Shown: piece after piece, positions 39,784 to 49,834 of the stretch
Position numbering within the stretch: the stretch's first letter is position 1
Layout of the letters: the number at the start of each line of letters is the position of its first letter
Assembly: GCA_016866875.1 (NCBI GenBank)
Contig: VGKY01000001.1
Coordinates: 56,057 to 120,056 of the forward strand
DNA from: Candidatus Peribacteria bacterium
GTDB taxonomy: Bacteria > Patescibacteriota > Gracilibacteria > Peribacterales > Peribacteraceae
Length of the DNA: 64,000 nucleotides
Direction of reading: 5' to 3'
Translations under genes and position numbers: made by a program
The notes under the pieces: generated by a model
What the model was told of the DNA's origin: nothing
What the model saw: the letters and a program-made list of their open reading frames with translations, nothing else
Databases searched by the model: none

Positions 39784-40982
39784 TCTTCGCGCTCGTGTAT
39801 CTCGGGACACAGCTGATTACGCGTCAATTCTTTCCGCATGCGAATTCCGACGCTAGCCTACGTCCGGCGCTTGAACTCCGGGCTCAGGATGCGACGGTGA
39901 AAAGTGGCCATCATCCTGTCCTCCTTCTCATCAATAACACCGATCATCCCCTCAGCGTCGAGTCTCGCTGCCCGCAGGCACCGGTGGATTTGTACTTTGG
40001 AGAATCCGATGTCGCTACGCATCCCGATCAGGCAGTTGCGACTACAGAGGTGGCTGTAGACTGCATAGTCATCGAAGCAGTTCCTCCCCACAAGCAAGGG
40101 TTGATCGATCTCGCTCCCTGGAAGTACTCCGCGTTTGATCGTACGGGAAATTACATCGCGACACTTGCCATCGCGCCGCAGCCTGCTGCGGAAACAGGGG
40201 CGCTTCTCCAGGTGTCGTTTGAGATCTACCCAGCAGGGTGGATGACGCGCGTGTTCCGCGCCTTTGTCAGTAAGCCGCTCCTCAATCTTCTCGTTTTCAT
40301 TGCATCCCTGACCCCCGGTTACAACCTCGCCGTCGGCATCGTCGTCCTGACACTCATTGTGAAGTTTCTGCTCTTCGTGCCTACCCAGCACGGTCTCGAG
40401 GGTCAGAAGAAGCTGCAGGCCCTTCAGCCAAAGCTTGATGAAATCCGCAGAAAGCACAAAGGCGATCAGCTGAAGACCAACGAGGAAACCATGAAGTTGT
40501 GGAAGGAGCACAAGATCAATCCGTTCCAGTCCTGTCTGCCCATCCTCATCCAGTTCCCCATTCTCATCGGTCTCTTCTACGCCGTGCGTGACGGGTCGCA
40601 CCTCGCACTCTCAGAGCACCTGCTCTACGCGCCGTACCAGAATCTCCCGTGGACCTTTGGCACGAACTTCTTCGGCATGGATCTTTTACAGCCGAGCGTC
40701 TACCTCTTCCCGCCCCTGCTCGTCATCCTGCAGTTCCTGCAGATGAAGCTCACCTTTGCCCTTGCCGAACGCAAGAAGAAGGCGAAGGAGGGCACGAGCG
40801 AGAAGCCCAAGGAAAAGAAGCCCATGAGCCAGCAGGAGATGCAGCAGAAGATGATGCTCTACGTGCTTCCGCTCATGATCGGTTTCTTCGCGGTGAAGTT
40901 TCCCGCCGCTGTGTCCCTCTACTGGGGCGTGTCGACGCTCTTTGCCATTGGCCAGCAGATCGTCGTGAACCAGAGAGGCTGA
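39741..40982 (+). CDS. yidC: Membrane protein insertase YidC
   Basis: LQPKLDEIRRKH, INPFQSCLPILIQFPILIGLF, LYWGVS. Confidence 0.93.
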   Translation: MPSSKTRRFADFFLIFALVYLGTQLITRQFFPHANSDASLRPALELRAQDATVKSGHHPVLLLINNTDHPLSVESRCPQAPVDLYFGESDVATHPDQAVATTEVAVDCIVIEAVPPHKQGLIDLAPWKYSAFDRTGNYIATLAIAPQPAAETGALLQVSFEIYPAGWMTRVFRAFVSKPLLNLLVFIASLTPGYNLAVGIVVLTLIVKFLLFVPTQHGLEGQKKLQALQPKLDEIRRKHKGDQLKTNEETMKLWKEHKINPFQSCLPILIQFPILIGLFYAVRDGSHLALSEHLLYAPYQNLPWTFGTNFFGMDLLQPSVYLFPPLLVILQFLQMKLTFALAERKKKAKEGTSEKPKEKKPMSQQEMQQKMMLYVLPLMIGFFAVKFPAAVSLYWGVSTLFAIGQQIVVNQRG

Positions 40983-41050
40983 GCAGATTCCACCCGCAGG
41001 AGTCTACGATGCTCTTGAGTTCGGCGTGCGAATAGTGATAATTTTCAGCC

Positions 41051-41296
41051 ATGGTGAACCGCGTCGATTCCGGAACAGACACGCGCGTTGTCGTTACCGA
41101 TCATGATGGCGTCATCGACTGTCACATTGATCCGACAGGCGTGGAGGTTGCGGTCGCTGAGACCATTATGGAGTCGCGCAGAAGAGCTGCGGAGGTGTGT
41201 GAAGAATTTGATAGGTGTCTATGTCAAAGACAGAGCGCAATCTTCGCTTTGCGTGTTGCGGCGAGTAGCGTTGCATCTCGATGGAATGGTATCTAG
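41051..41296 (+). CDS. Small hypothetical protein
   Basis: ORF with GATAAT upstream. Confidence 0.4.
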   Translation: MVNRVDSGTDTRVVVTDHDGVIDCHIDPTGVEVAVAETIMESRRRAAEVCEEFDRCLCQRQSAIFALRVAASSVASRWNGI

Positions 41297-41302
41297 CAGC
41301 TC

Positions 41303-42373
41303 CTATGCCACCGTCACCTCTTTGCAGAGGTAGACATCCTGGATGGCATTGAGGAGGGCTACGCCCTCTTCTTTTGGCTTCTGGAAAGCCTTTCTCCCTG
41401 AGATCAGTCCAGAACCCCCTGCGCGCTTGTTGATCACGGCAGTGCGCACTGCTTCCGCGAGATCCGATGCACCTTTGCTTTCGCCACCGCTGTTGATGAG
41501 ACCGATCCTGCCCATGTAGCAGTTGGCCACCTGGTAGCGGCAGAGGTCGATGGGGTGATCGGAGCAGAGCTCTTCGTAGACCCGCTTGTCGGTCTTGCCG
41601 TAGGAGCTTTCCTGACCCATGGCGAGGAAACCTCCGTTGTTGGTTGGGAGCTTCTGCTTGATGATGTCCGCTTCAATAGTGACTCCCAGATGGTTGGCCT
41701 GTCCGGTGAGGTCTGCTGAGGTGTGGTAGTCCTTGTCCTTCTTGAAAGCACCATTTCTCAGGTAGCACCACAGCACCGTAAAGAGCCCTAGCTGATGCGC
41801 TTTTGCAAAGGCATGAGCCACCTCCACAATCTGTCTGCCGCTCTCGGGTGATCCGAAGTAAATCGTCGCGCCGATCCCCTTTGCCCCCATGTCGTAGGCC
41901 TGCTGCACCGTCCCGAACATGATCTGATCGAACTTGTTGGGGTAGGTGAGGAGCTCGTTATGGTTGATCTTCACGATGAACGGGATCTTGTCTGCGTACT
42001 TCTTCGCTACGATTCCCAGAACACCGTACGTCGAGGCGACAGCATTGCACCCTCCGCCTATCGCAAGCTTCATGATGTTCTCCGGATCAAAGTAGTCCGG
42101 GTTTTTCGCAAACGAAGCCCCTGCTGAGTGCTCGATGCCTTGGTCTACGGGGAGAATGCTGAGGTATCCCGTTCCCCCGAGTCTTCCATGTCCATACACT
42201 GCATCCAGATTTTTCTGTACAGCGCTGGATCGGTCGGACTGTTCAAAAATGGTTTTCCAGGAATCCTTCGATGGAACATGCAGACGATCATTGCTGATTT
42301 TTGGCTTGTGGTTGAGAAGATTCGTAGCATCGGTTCCAAGATGAGCGGAGATGTCGGAGAGGGAGAGGGGCAT
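41303..42373 (-). CDS. fbaB: Class I fructose-bisphosphate aldolase (DhnA/FbaB type)
   Basis: [38 protein letters not shown]. Confidence 0.95.
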   Translation of the reverse strand: MPLSLSDISAHLGTDATNLLNHKPKISNDRLHVPSKDSWKTIFEQSDRSSAVQKNLDAVYGHGRLGGTGYLSILPVDQGIEHSAGASFAKNPDYFDPENIMKLAIGGGCNAVASTYGVLGIVAKKYADKIPFIVKINHNELLTYPNKFDQIMFGTVQQAYDMGAKGIGATIYFGSPESGRQIVEVAHAFAKAHQLGLFTVLWCYLRNGAFKKDKDYHTSADLTGQANHLGVTIEADIIKQKLPTNNGGFLAMGQESSYGKTDKRVYEELCSDHPIDLCRYQVANCYMGRIGLINSGGESKGASDLAEAVRTAVINKRAGGSGLISGRKAFQKPKEEGVALLNAIQDVYLCKEVTVA

Positions 42374-42679
42374 GGAAAAGATGGAGATTGCCCTGAGTGT
42401 ACCACGGGTAGTTTTCCCTGCTCATGTGCATCTTGTCGCAACCAGGGATCGCGAGATTTCGAGGCAATCTGCTGAGGGTAAAAATAGACAAATATCTCAA
42501 TATATGTATTGATATTTATATTCTTTTTGCTACGCTAGAGGAAGCTCATTCAAAGATTCGAGCTCGGCAGCAGGTGCGAATATGCGCTTCTCCTGCCTGG
42601 CTCAGAGCATGGCTGTGCGGTGAGGATTCCGCGCGGGTGCTTCAGAAGAAGCTAGGTCAAGCTCCAAGAAGGAGAAGCC

Positions 42680-42856
42680 ATGTTGGTCATAAGTCGCACA
42701 CGTGGAAAGAAGGTTTCCTTCTTTCTGACAACCAACACTTCGACTGTCACAGTTGAAGTGGAGGTGCGGAAAATCAAAAGGGGGAAAGTGACACTGGCCA
42801 TCACGGCCCCGGTCGAGGTGAAGGTGCTCAGAAACGAGCTCCTCAGCCGGCCCTAG
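42680..42856 (+). CDS. csrA: Carbon storage regulator CsrA/RsmA-family RNA-binding protein
   Basis: Hand translation MLVISRTRGKKV...VEVEVRKIKRGKVTLAITAPVEVKVLRNELLSRP (58 aa, below the ORF-track cutoff); AAGGAG SD. Confidence 0.85.
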   Translation: MLVISRTRGKKVSFFLTTNTSTVTVEVEVRKIKRGKVTLAITAPVEVKVLRNELLSRP

Positions 42857-42964
42857 TCCTCAAAGCCGCAAGGCTTTGGCAGTCAATGAAGTCGATCCTG
42901 TTACAGCGGGATCGTCACTCTGGCGAGTCCTAAATGGGACTCGCCGGTTTTTCATGTGCTTCGG

Positions 42965-42993
42965 GTAGAGACGTAGCAGTGTTGCGTCTCTAC
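42965..42993. repeat. REP-like palindrome GTAGAGACG...CGTCTCTAC
   Basis: Same family as the arms at 22083-22141 and 23703-23761. Confidence 0.75.
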
Positions 42994-43002
42994 AATAGGA
43001 TC

Positions 43003-44520
43003 ATGGCGCTATGTCTCTACAACACCCTTACGAAGCGCGAAGAGGATTTCGCTCCTCTCGATCCCGCAGGAAAGGTGGTGACGATGTACACCTGTGGCCC
43101 AACAGTCTATGGTCGCCCGCACATCGGAAACTATGCGTCGTTTCTCATGGCCGATCTCCTGCGAAGATGGCTTCAGGTAGGCCACAACTACAAAGTTCGC
43201 TCCGTGAAGAACATCACCGATGTCGGACATCTCCTGCACGATGCCGATGCAGGCGATGACAAGATTCAAAAAGAAGCGGAGAGACAGAAGACGCAAGAAG
43301 GGCAGGAAGGGGAGGAAGGGCAAAAAGGCAAAAAGACACCAGTGATTACGGGAGTAGTTTCGCGTGAGGATGTCCTCACTGTCGTCGAGCGATACACGCA
43401 GCAATATATAGAGGATGAGAAGGCACTGAATTTTTTGGAGCCTGAGGCGCGACCTCGAGCGAGTGCCTATATACAGGAGCAGTTGGCACTCACCAAGAAG
43501 CTTCTGCAGAGTGGGCATGCGTACGATCTGCCGGACGGCATCTACTTCTCCGTAGAGAGCAAGACCAAAACGCCCTACGGCGCACTTTCCGGAAACACCA
43601 TGGATCAGATCTCCGCGGGCGCGCGCGTCGACGTGCATGAGCTCAAGCGCCACCCTGCCGATTTTGCACTCTGGAAACGCTGCATAGGACAAAACAGCAA
43701 ACATATATTACGTTGGTCTGAAGCCACGGGAGAGGTGTCACATACATCTGGCGAGGACAAAGATTCCGGTTTCCCTGGCTGGCACATTGAGTGCTCTGCG
43801 ATGAGCTCCTCTCTCCTCGGAAAGCAGATCGACATCCACACTGGAGGTGAGGACAACATCTTCCCGCACCATGAGTGTGAGATCGCCCAGAGCGAGTCGG
43901 CATTCGGTGTGTGCCCCTTCGTGCAGATGTGGGTGCACCGCAGGCGCATACACATGGGCAGCGAGAAGATGAGTAAGAGCCTTGGCAATGTGTTAACGAT
44001 ACCGGACATTGTTGCCCAGGGGTTCTCTCCACTGGATGTGCGGTTCTATCTTCTCTCGGTTCACTACCGCACCAATCTCAAATTTTCCATGAAGGGACTC
44101 GAGGATGCGCGCAGTGCGCGGAGGAAGATTGGAGAGTGGATTGCAGATGTTGAGGAGGCAAAAGACGAAAAGGCTACAAAGGACGAAGAAGATTTTCTTC
44201 GACGCTTCTCCAAGGCGATGGATCACGATCTTAATGTCTCCGAAACCCTCGCTGTCGTGTACGAAATAATGGCTTACAGTCGCAATAAAAATGTTCTTGG
44301 TGCATGCAAGAAATTTGCAAAAACTCTCGAGGAAACATTTGGATGCTTCTCCCTGGAACCTTCATCAGTCGATGCCGATGCTCTCGCGCTCGCGCGTGAC
44401 CGCGATGCTGCGCGCGTACGCAAAGACTTCGCCGAGTCCGATCGCTTGCGCGATCAGCTCATGGAGATGGGCTACGAAGTTCGTGATACCAAAGAGGGGA
44501 CAAAGGTGAAGAAGAAGTAG
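43003..44520 (+). CDS. cysS: Cysteine--tRNA ligase
   Basis: CGPTVY, HIGN, PGWHIECSAM, HHECE, KMSKS. Confidence 0.97.
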   Translation: MALCLYNTLTKREEDFAPLDPAGKVVTMYTCGPTVYGRPHIGNYASFLMADLLRRWLQVGHNYKVRSVKNITDVGHLLHDADAGDDKIQKEAERQKTQEGQEGEEGQKGKKTPVITGVVSREDVLTVVERYTQQYIEDEKALNFLEPEARPRASAYIQEQLALTKKLLQSGHAYDLPDGIYFSVESKTKTPYGALSGNTMDQISAGARVDVHELKRHPADFALWKRCIGQNSKHILRWSEATGEVSHTSGEDKDSGFPGWHIECSAMSSSLLGKQIDIHTGGEDNIFPHHECEIAQSESAFGVCPFVQMWVHRRRIHMGSEKMSKSLGNVLTIPDIVAQGFSPLDVRFYLLSVHYRTNLKFSMKGLEDARSARRKIGEWIADVEEAKDEKATKDEEDFLRRFSKAMDHDLNVSETLAVVYEIMAYSRNKNVLGACKKFAKTLEETFGCFSLEPSSVDADALALARDRDAARVRKDFAESDRLRDQLMEMGYEVRDTKEGTKVKKK

Positions 44521-44577
44521 CGGAAGTTCATGAACTTCCGCTGCACAGTGCAGCGGAGATTCATGCATCTCCGCCAC
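44517..44577. repeat. REP doublet after cysS
   Basis: Two GCGGA..TTCATG..TCCGC palindromes. Confidence 0.8.
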
Positions 44578-45283
44578 GACGGTTATTCGATTTTTCGCAC
44601 CCCAGATAGTGCATGTCTACCGGACCACACTACTTGTAATGTTTGTTCGACAGACATATATATTATAAAACAATAAAAGTGAAAAATATCCACACATTTT
44701 GATTAACGTTAAATTTCCTTGCTATTGGGTGTTTTGATCAAGAATTCATTCTACAAAATAACTATTGGAGCATTTCTGTAGCCTTAAATCGAGACTTCTC
44801 TCCCTCCTCCATGTGTAACACGGCGCCGTTTTGGTCGTTTTTCTGTGTGCACGGAAGAGAAACGGGCCTTGCGTCGGGGTTTACCCCGTCGCTAGAGTCC
44901 CCCAGATCCTCTACTGCGTAGAGTAGAAGAGGGTCCCGTGTACACGCTCCTTCACACTTCGGCACCCTGCCTTTCCGTTCTATGCATTGTCATTCCGGAA
45001 AGACGGCTTCACATCGGTACGATCCGCAGCTTTGCTGTGGAGTATCGTCGTTCCGGTCGTGTTTTGTATTGCACTCACGCATGCTCATTCACGGTTATCG
45101 CTCTCGCACATCTCTTTATATATAAGGAGGCGAGCAGTTCGCACTCTCCTTCGGGAGAACTTCGCACACCTGCTCATCCTTTGTGGGACGACGGCCTGCT
45201 CTATGCGATGGAGTGTTCTTCAGGAGTGAGCGGAGAGGTTCCTCACATTGTTTTTTATTTCTCTTTCTTCCTACGTTCTTCTT

Positions 45284-48200
45284 ATGGATTTTATCCGCAT
45301 CAAGAAGGCGCTCGCGGGAGTCTCTGTCGCGGCTATCGCCCTTACCCAGGTGGGTACGGCGTTTGCCAAGTACAGTGACGTTCCGTCGGGTGTGTGGTTC
45401 GAGGATGCCGTCCAGTCCTTCATGGACGCCGGCTACCTTGACGCCACGAAGGCGAAGTTCCGCCCTGGCGATCTCGCCAACCGCGCGGAGTTCGTCAAGC
45501 TCGTCGTCGAGCTTAACGGCGGCATTCTTTCCACTCCCCCTGCAGTGGCATCCTTTGATGACGTTGCTACGGGTGCGTGGTACTACGGTTACATGGAGGA
45601 GGCTGGCAAGGAGGGCTGGGTCCGTGGTGACGGGAATTGCTACGGCAAGCACCCGTGCTACGCTCGCCCCTCGAGTAACATCAACCGCGCTGAGGCTGCG
45701 GCTCTGATCGTTCGCGCCTTCAACCTCGAGTCGACCGGCGCAGCTGCGCAGTTCGTCGACAACCCCTCCGGACAGTGGTACACGAACGCCGTTCAGACGG
45801 CGGCCGATGCCTGCGTCCTGCAGGGTGATGACTCGACGGGCCGCGTGCGCCCGAGCGACAACATGAACCGTGCAGAAATGGTCACCATGCTCCACCGCGT
45901 CGACCAGGGTTTGACCTATGGTGTCGATTGTGGTTCTGATGACATGGATGGCGCTGCAATGGTCAAGAAGGCCATGGCTATTGGCCCCAAGACCGTTGAG
46001 GTCGAGTTCACGGCTGCCCTCGATCAGGATTCCGCCGAGGACACCGACAACTACACGGTAACGGGTTCCCCGGAGGTTCCGGTCGTTTCCGCAACGCTCA
46101 CGGATGATTCCGTTGTCGAGCTCAGCCTCGGCGAGACCATGGATGCTGGCCACGAGTACACGCTCGCGGTCGATGGCGTCATGTCCGCCGATGGCGATGA
46201 GATTTCCGACTCCGTTTCCTTCACGGGATACACGGAGCTCGTCAAGGGCGATGGCATCCTTGAGCTTTCGCTTTCTTCCAGCAACCCGGTCGGCGACACG
46301 CTCCCGAAGGGTGCTATCGGAGCTGTGATGCTCTCTGCTGATCTCACGGCTTCCTGCGACGATTCCGTTTCCATCGAGCACGTTACCGTCCTCCACGAGG
46401 GCTTCGGTGCTGTTTCCGATGTCGATGGCGTCTACGCAGCGATCAACGGTGCCCGCGTCTCGCGCAAGCGCACGCTGGACTCCGAGGATCAGACCGCAGA
46501 CGTCCGCTTCAGCTCCCCGCTGCAGGTGGATTCCTGCGAGACCGTGACGGTTGATTTCGTCGCGGACTTCATTTCGACGGCCACCACGGCCGCTGAGCAC
46601 AACCTCGTTGTGGAGCTCCCCTCCGATGTCTCGAGCAATGCGAAGGACGTTGAGGGTAACTTCCCGCTTCGTGGTAACACCTTCCGCATCGCTGCCATCA
46701 CGAGCGGTATCGTGACGGTTGCGTACCGCACGGTCTCTCCCGATCAGGTGGAGGTAGGCGACACGGGAGTCGTCGTTGGAAAGTTTGAGGTTTCCGTGAA
46801 CTCCACGGAGGACCAGACTTTCTACTCGATGACCCTTGAGCAAAACAGCTCCGTTTCCGACGGCGATTTCACGAACATCGCGATCCGCCGCACGGACGGA
46901 ACAGTTCTCACCAACACTGTCGCTCAGACGGTTGGTGACTTCATCACGCTGGTCTTCGATCCTCCGTTCACGGTCCTTGAGGGTGACAAAATCACGCTCG
47001 AGGTCATTGCGGACATCGTCGGTGGCGCTGGTGACAGCATCATCATGCACTTCGAGGAGGCTTCCGACATCTTTGCTGTCGGTTCCCTCTACGGTTACGG
47101 AGTCAACGGTCAGCTCTACGGCTCGCAGATTGAACTGCCGGCTACGGACAACGCCGACACGGTGACGATCGATGCTGGTGAGTTCACGATCGGTGTCGAC
47201 GGTCCTGCATCGCAGGACTTCACACGCGACGACAATGATGCGATCCTCGCTAACATCACCTTTAAGACGGGCGGCGAGAAGATCGACATCAAGGATCTCT
47301 ACATCGCTGTTCAGGCTGCTAGCAGCACGGGTGCAGGTCTTGTGCACACCGGAACGAACGATGCGTACGACAACGTCCACGAGATCCTCGAGGACGTCGA
47401 GATCCGCAACACGCGCACGGGCCGCACCATCGATGGTGTGCGTCTGACGGGTGCCAATGATCTTGGTTCCGACACAACGGACACCTTCCAGGTCTACCGC
47501 TTCGACGACTTCGTCGTCTCCGGCGACGAGACATGGGAGTTCCGTGTCGACTTCATCGACAACGGATCGGGCAACCATCCGAAGTCCGGTGACAAGTTCA
47601 AGATCCACATCTGTGGCGAGCCAACGGACATCCTTGATGCTTCCAACAACATCACGGACAACACGACGGGATGTTCCTTCGGAGGTCTCACGACCTCTTC
47701 GGAGACCTACCAGATGCGCATCGAAGGCCTTTCGACGGGAGACAAGGTCGGTGACGTTCGCCCACGCGGCAACATCGCTGGCAACTTCCACCGCATCGCC
47801 GATGCCACGCTCAACATCACGGTGAAGAGCATTGGCACGACCGATACGGCTGTCGAGAACGCCAAGAACGTCAACTTCCTCCGCTTCGAGGCTCGCGCCG
47901 GAGAGGCTGAGGATATCCTTCTCACCAAGCTCATCCTGGCCGCCGACTCCGGCTCCGGTCTGAACGCTCAGAACTACACGCTCTGGGTCGATACGGACGG
48001 CAACGGAACGGTGGATCAGGTACTCGAGAGCGGCGTCGCCGCTCAGGGTTCTTCAGCAAACGCTACGGTCACCTTCAGTGATCTTGTCGGCGGAGGCTAC
48101 GTGATCCCGGCCGAGGAGACTGTGGTCTTCGAGGCTCACGGTGACATTGCCAGCAGTCTCTCGACGACGCTCGGTAGTCACTTGCAGCTGCGCTTTGCTA

Positions 48201-49546
48201 CGGGTTCCTCGAACTTCATCGAAGCTGAAGAGCTTGATGACGGTTCTGCTTTGAGCAACATCAAGCAGAATCCGAGAGCCTGCGGCTCTACCTCGTGTGA
48301 CATTATCTTCACGACGGTGACCTCGCAGCGCTGGAAGCTCGTGAACCAGGGTGACCTCTTCGTGACGCTCGATTCCTCGCCGCTCCGCAACCGCCAGCTC
48401 CTCGGTGGAGCCCTTGGCGAGGGTGTACTGCGCGTGCAGTTCCATGCGGAGAACGAGGCCATCGATGTCCACGGACTCAACTTCGCCTCCACGGGTTCGA
48501 CGGCAACATCGGTTGACCGCCTCGAGCTCTACAAAGAGGGCGAGTCCACGCCGTTCGCTCTTGCCACCACTGGTAGCTGTGGTCAGCGCACCGTAACTCG
48601 CACAAACTACGTACCTGCCGGAGGGTCCATCACGACATTCTGTACGAGCATGCAGAACCGTCAGCTCGTCGTTCCTGAGGGTCAGGACGTCGACGTGATC
48701 GTTCGCCCGCGCCTCAAGACCGATGTCGGCGGAGGCACGACGAACCAGATCATCGCGCTCTTCATCGACCCGACCAAGAAGGCCGATGACGGCCAGACGG
48801 GTTCCGGTGCGATCCGCGCACGCGGTGATGAGTCGAGTAACCCGCTTTCAGCCAACGACGGAAACGAAAGCGCCGGTGGTGAGATCTTCATCGGTCTGAC
48901 CTCTGCCGCAGCGCAAAACGTGGCTATCATCGGGAAGAAGAACGTCTCGGTGATGTCCAAGATTACGTCGATCACGAACGCCAACCCGGATGCCAACGGC
49001 TCCGCGATCCAGACCGGTCTCAGTAACATCGGTCAGTTCAAGATCGCTGCTGCTGCTAACGGCAACAGCAAGGATGGTCTCAACGACGTTATCCTCTCTG
49101 GTATAGCGCTCAACGTGAACGCCACGAACGTAGTGATCACCGGCAACACCTTCAAGCTCTACAACAAGGCGGATGCGACGAACAAGGTAGCCTGCACCGC
49201 CTACGATGATGGTGGTACGGCTCTTGCCACGACGTACGTGCACTCCGGAGCCATGCTCGTTGATTGTAAAGGCCTCATCGGATCTGTTGTGAAGACGGAG
49301 ATCGACCAGGCTAGCGATCAGACCTTCGTTCTCGAAGCAACGATCACGAACGCGAACACCTCGGCGACGAACAGCTCGCTCCAGGTGTCGATCACGAACT
49401 TCGACGCAATCAGCAATCTTACCTTCGGTAGGTCGTCCGGAAACAGCCACCTCGCGTGGCGCGATACGGACCAGGCTGGTGCAACGACCTTCCGCTGGGT
49501 TGAGTACCCAGACACGGTCGTGAAGTCGACGAGCTACTCGGGCTAA
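45284..49546 (+). CDS. S-layer protein (three N-terminal SLH domains plus Ig-like beta repeats)
   Basis: Signal peptide; SDVP..WF, NRAEFVK, NRAEAAA, NRAEMV; strong codon bias. Confidence 0.9.
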   Translation: MDFIRIKKALAGVSVAAIALTQVGTAFAKYSDVPSGVWFEDAVQSFMDAGYLDATKAKFRPGDLANRAEFVKLVVELNGGILSTPPAVASFDDVATGAWYYGYMEEAGKEGWVRGDGNCYGKHPCYARPSSNINRAEAAALIVRAFNLESTGAAAQFVDNPSGQWYTNAVQTAADACVLQGDDSTGRVRPSDNMNRAEMVTMLHRVDQGLTYGVDCGSDDMDGAAMVKKAMAIGPKTVEVEFTAALDQDSAEDTDNYTVTGSPEVPVVSATLTDDSVVELSLGETMDAGHEYTLAVDGVMSADGDEISDSVSFTGYTELVKGDGILELSLSSSNPVGDTLPKGAIGAVMLSADLTASCDDSVSIEHVTVLHEGFGAVSDVDGVYAAINGARVSRKRTLDSEDQTADVRFSSPLQVDSCETVTVDFVADFISTATTAAEHNLVVELPSDVSSNAKDVEGNFPLRGNTFRIAAITSGIVTVAYRTVSPDQVEVGDTGVVVGKFEVSVNSTEDQTFYSMTLEQNSSVSDGDFTNIAIRRTDGTVLTNTVAQTVGDFITLVFDPPFTVLEGDKITLEVIADIVGGAGDSIIMHFEEASDIFAVGSLYGYGVNGQLYGSQIELPATDNADTVTIDAGEFTIGVDGPASQDFTRDDNDAILANITFKTGGEKIDIKDLYIAVQAASSTGAGLVHTGTNDAYDNVHEILEDVEIRNTRTGRTIDGVRLTGANDLGSDTTDTFQVYRFDDFVVSGDETWEFRVDFIDNGSGNHPKSGDKFKIHICGEPTDILDASNNITDNTTGCSFGGLTTSSETYQMRIEGLSTGDKVGDVRPRGNIAGNFHRIADATLNITVKSIGTTDTAVENAKNVNFLRFEARAGEAEDILLTKLILAADSGSGLNAQNYTLWVDTDGNGTVDQVLESGVAAQGSSANATVTFSDLVGGGYVIPAEETVVFEAHGDIASSLSTTLGSHLQLRFATGSSNFIEAEELDDGSALSNIKQNPRACGSTSCDIIFTTVTSQRWKLVNQGDLFVTLDSSPLRNRQLLGGALGEGVLRVQFHAENEAIDVHGLNFASTGSTATSVDRLELYKEGESTPFALATTGSCGQRTVTRTNYVPAGGSITTFCTSMQNRQLVVPEGQDVDVIVRPRLKTDVGGGTTNQIIALFIDPTKKADDGQTGSGAIRARGDESSNPLSANDGNESAGGEIFIGLTSAAAQNVAIIGKKNVSVMSKITSITNANPDANGSAIQTGLSNIGQFKIAAAANGNSKDGLNDVILSGIALNVNATNVVITGNTFKLYNKADATNKVACTAYDDGGTALATTYVHSGAMLVDCKGLIGSVVKTEIDQASDQTFVLEATITNANTSATNSSLQVSITNFDAISNLTFGRSSGNSHLAWRDTDQAGATTFRWVEYPDTVVKSTSYSG

Positions 49547-49645
49547 TGACATTCTTTCCCTTGGAGTACGTAGCGGAGATTCGTAAATCTCCGCTACGTC
49601 CCCTTGGGACGTGTGCATTTCCAGATTGTTCGTTTATTACGTATT

Positions 49646-49677
49646 CAAAAAAGCCCCTCCGCAAAGGGGCTTTTTTT
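49646..49677. terminator. Bidirectional intrinsic terminator
   Basis: AAAAAAGCCCCT-CCGCAA-AGGGGCTTTTTTT. Confidence 0.85.
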
Positions 49678-49834
49678 AAATGGGAAAAAATTTTTCCAGC
49701 GCACATAACCGCACGTAGAAACGTGCGCTGGAGGGGTAGGGGGTAGGACGTAGGGCATAGGATTTCGTTTGTTGAAGTGTACGTAGAAACGTGCGCTGGG
49801 GTTTTTACCGACGTACAAACGTGCGCAGGCCCGC

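Noticed and set aside
45116..47791. 891-aa minus-strand ORF, and similar long antisense ORFs over uvrB, topA and rpoB
   Set aside because: Shadow frames of strongly codon-biased genes; no recognisable motifs.
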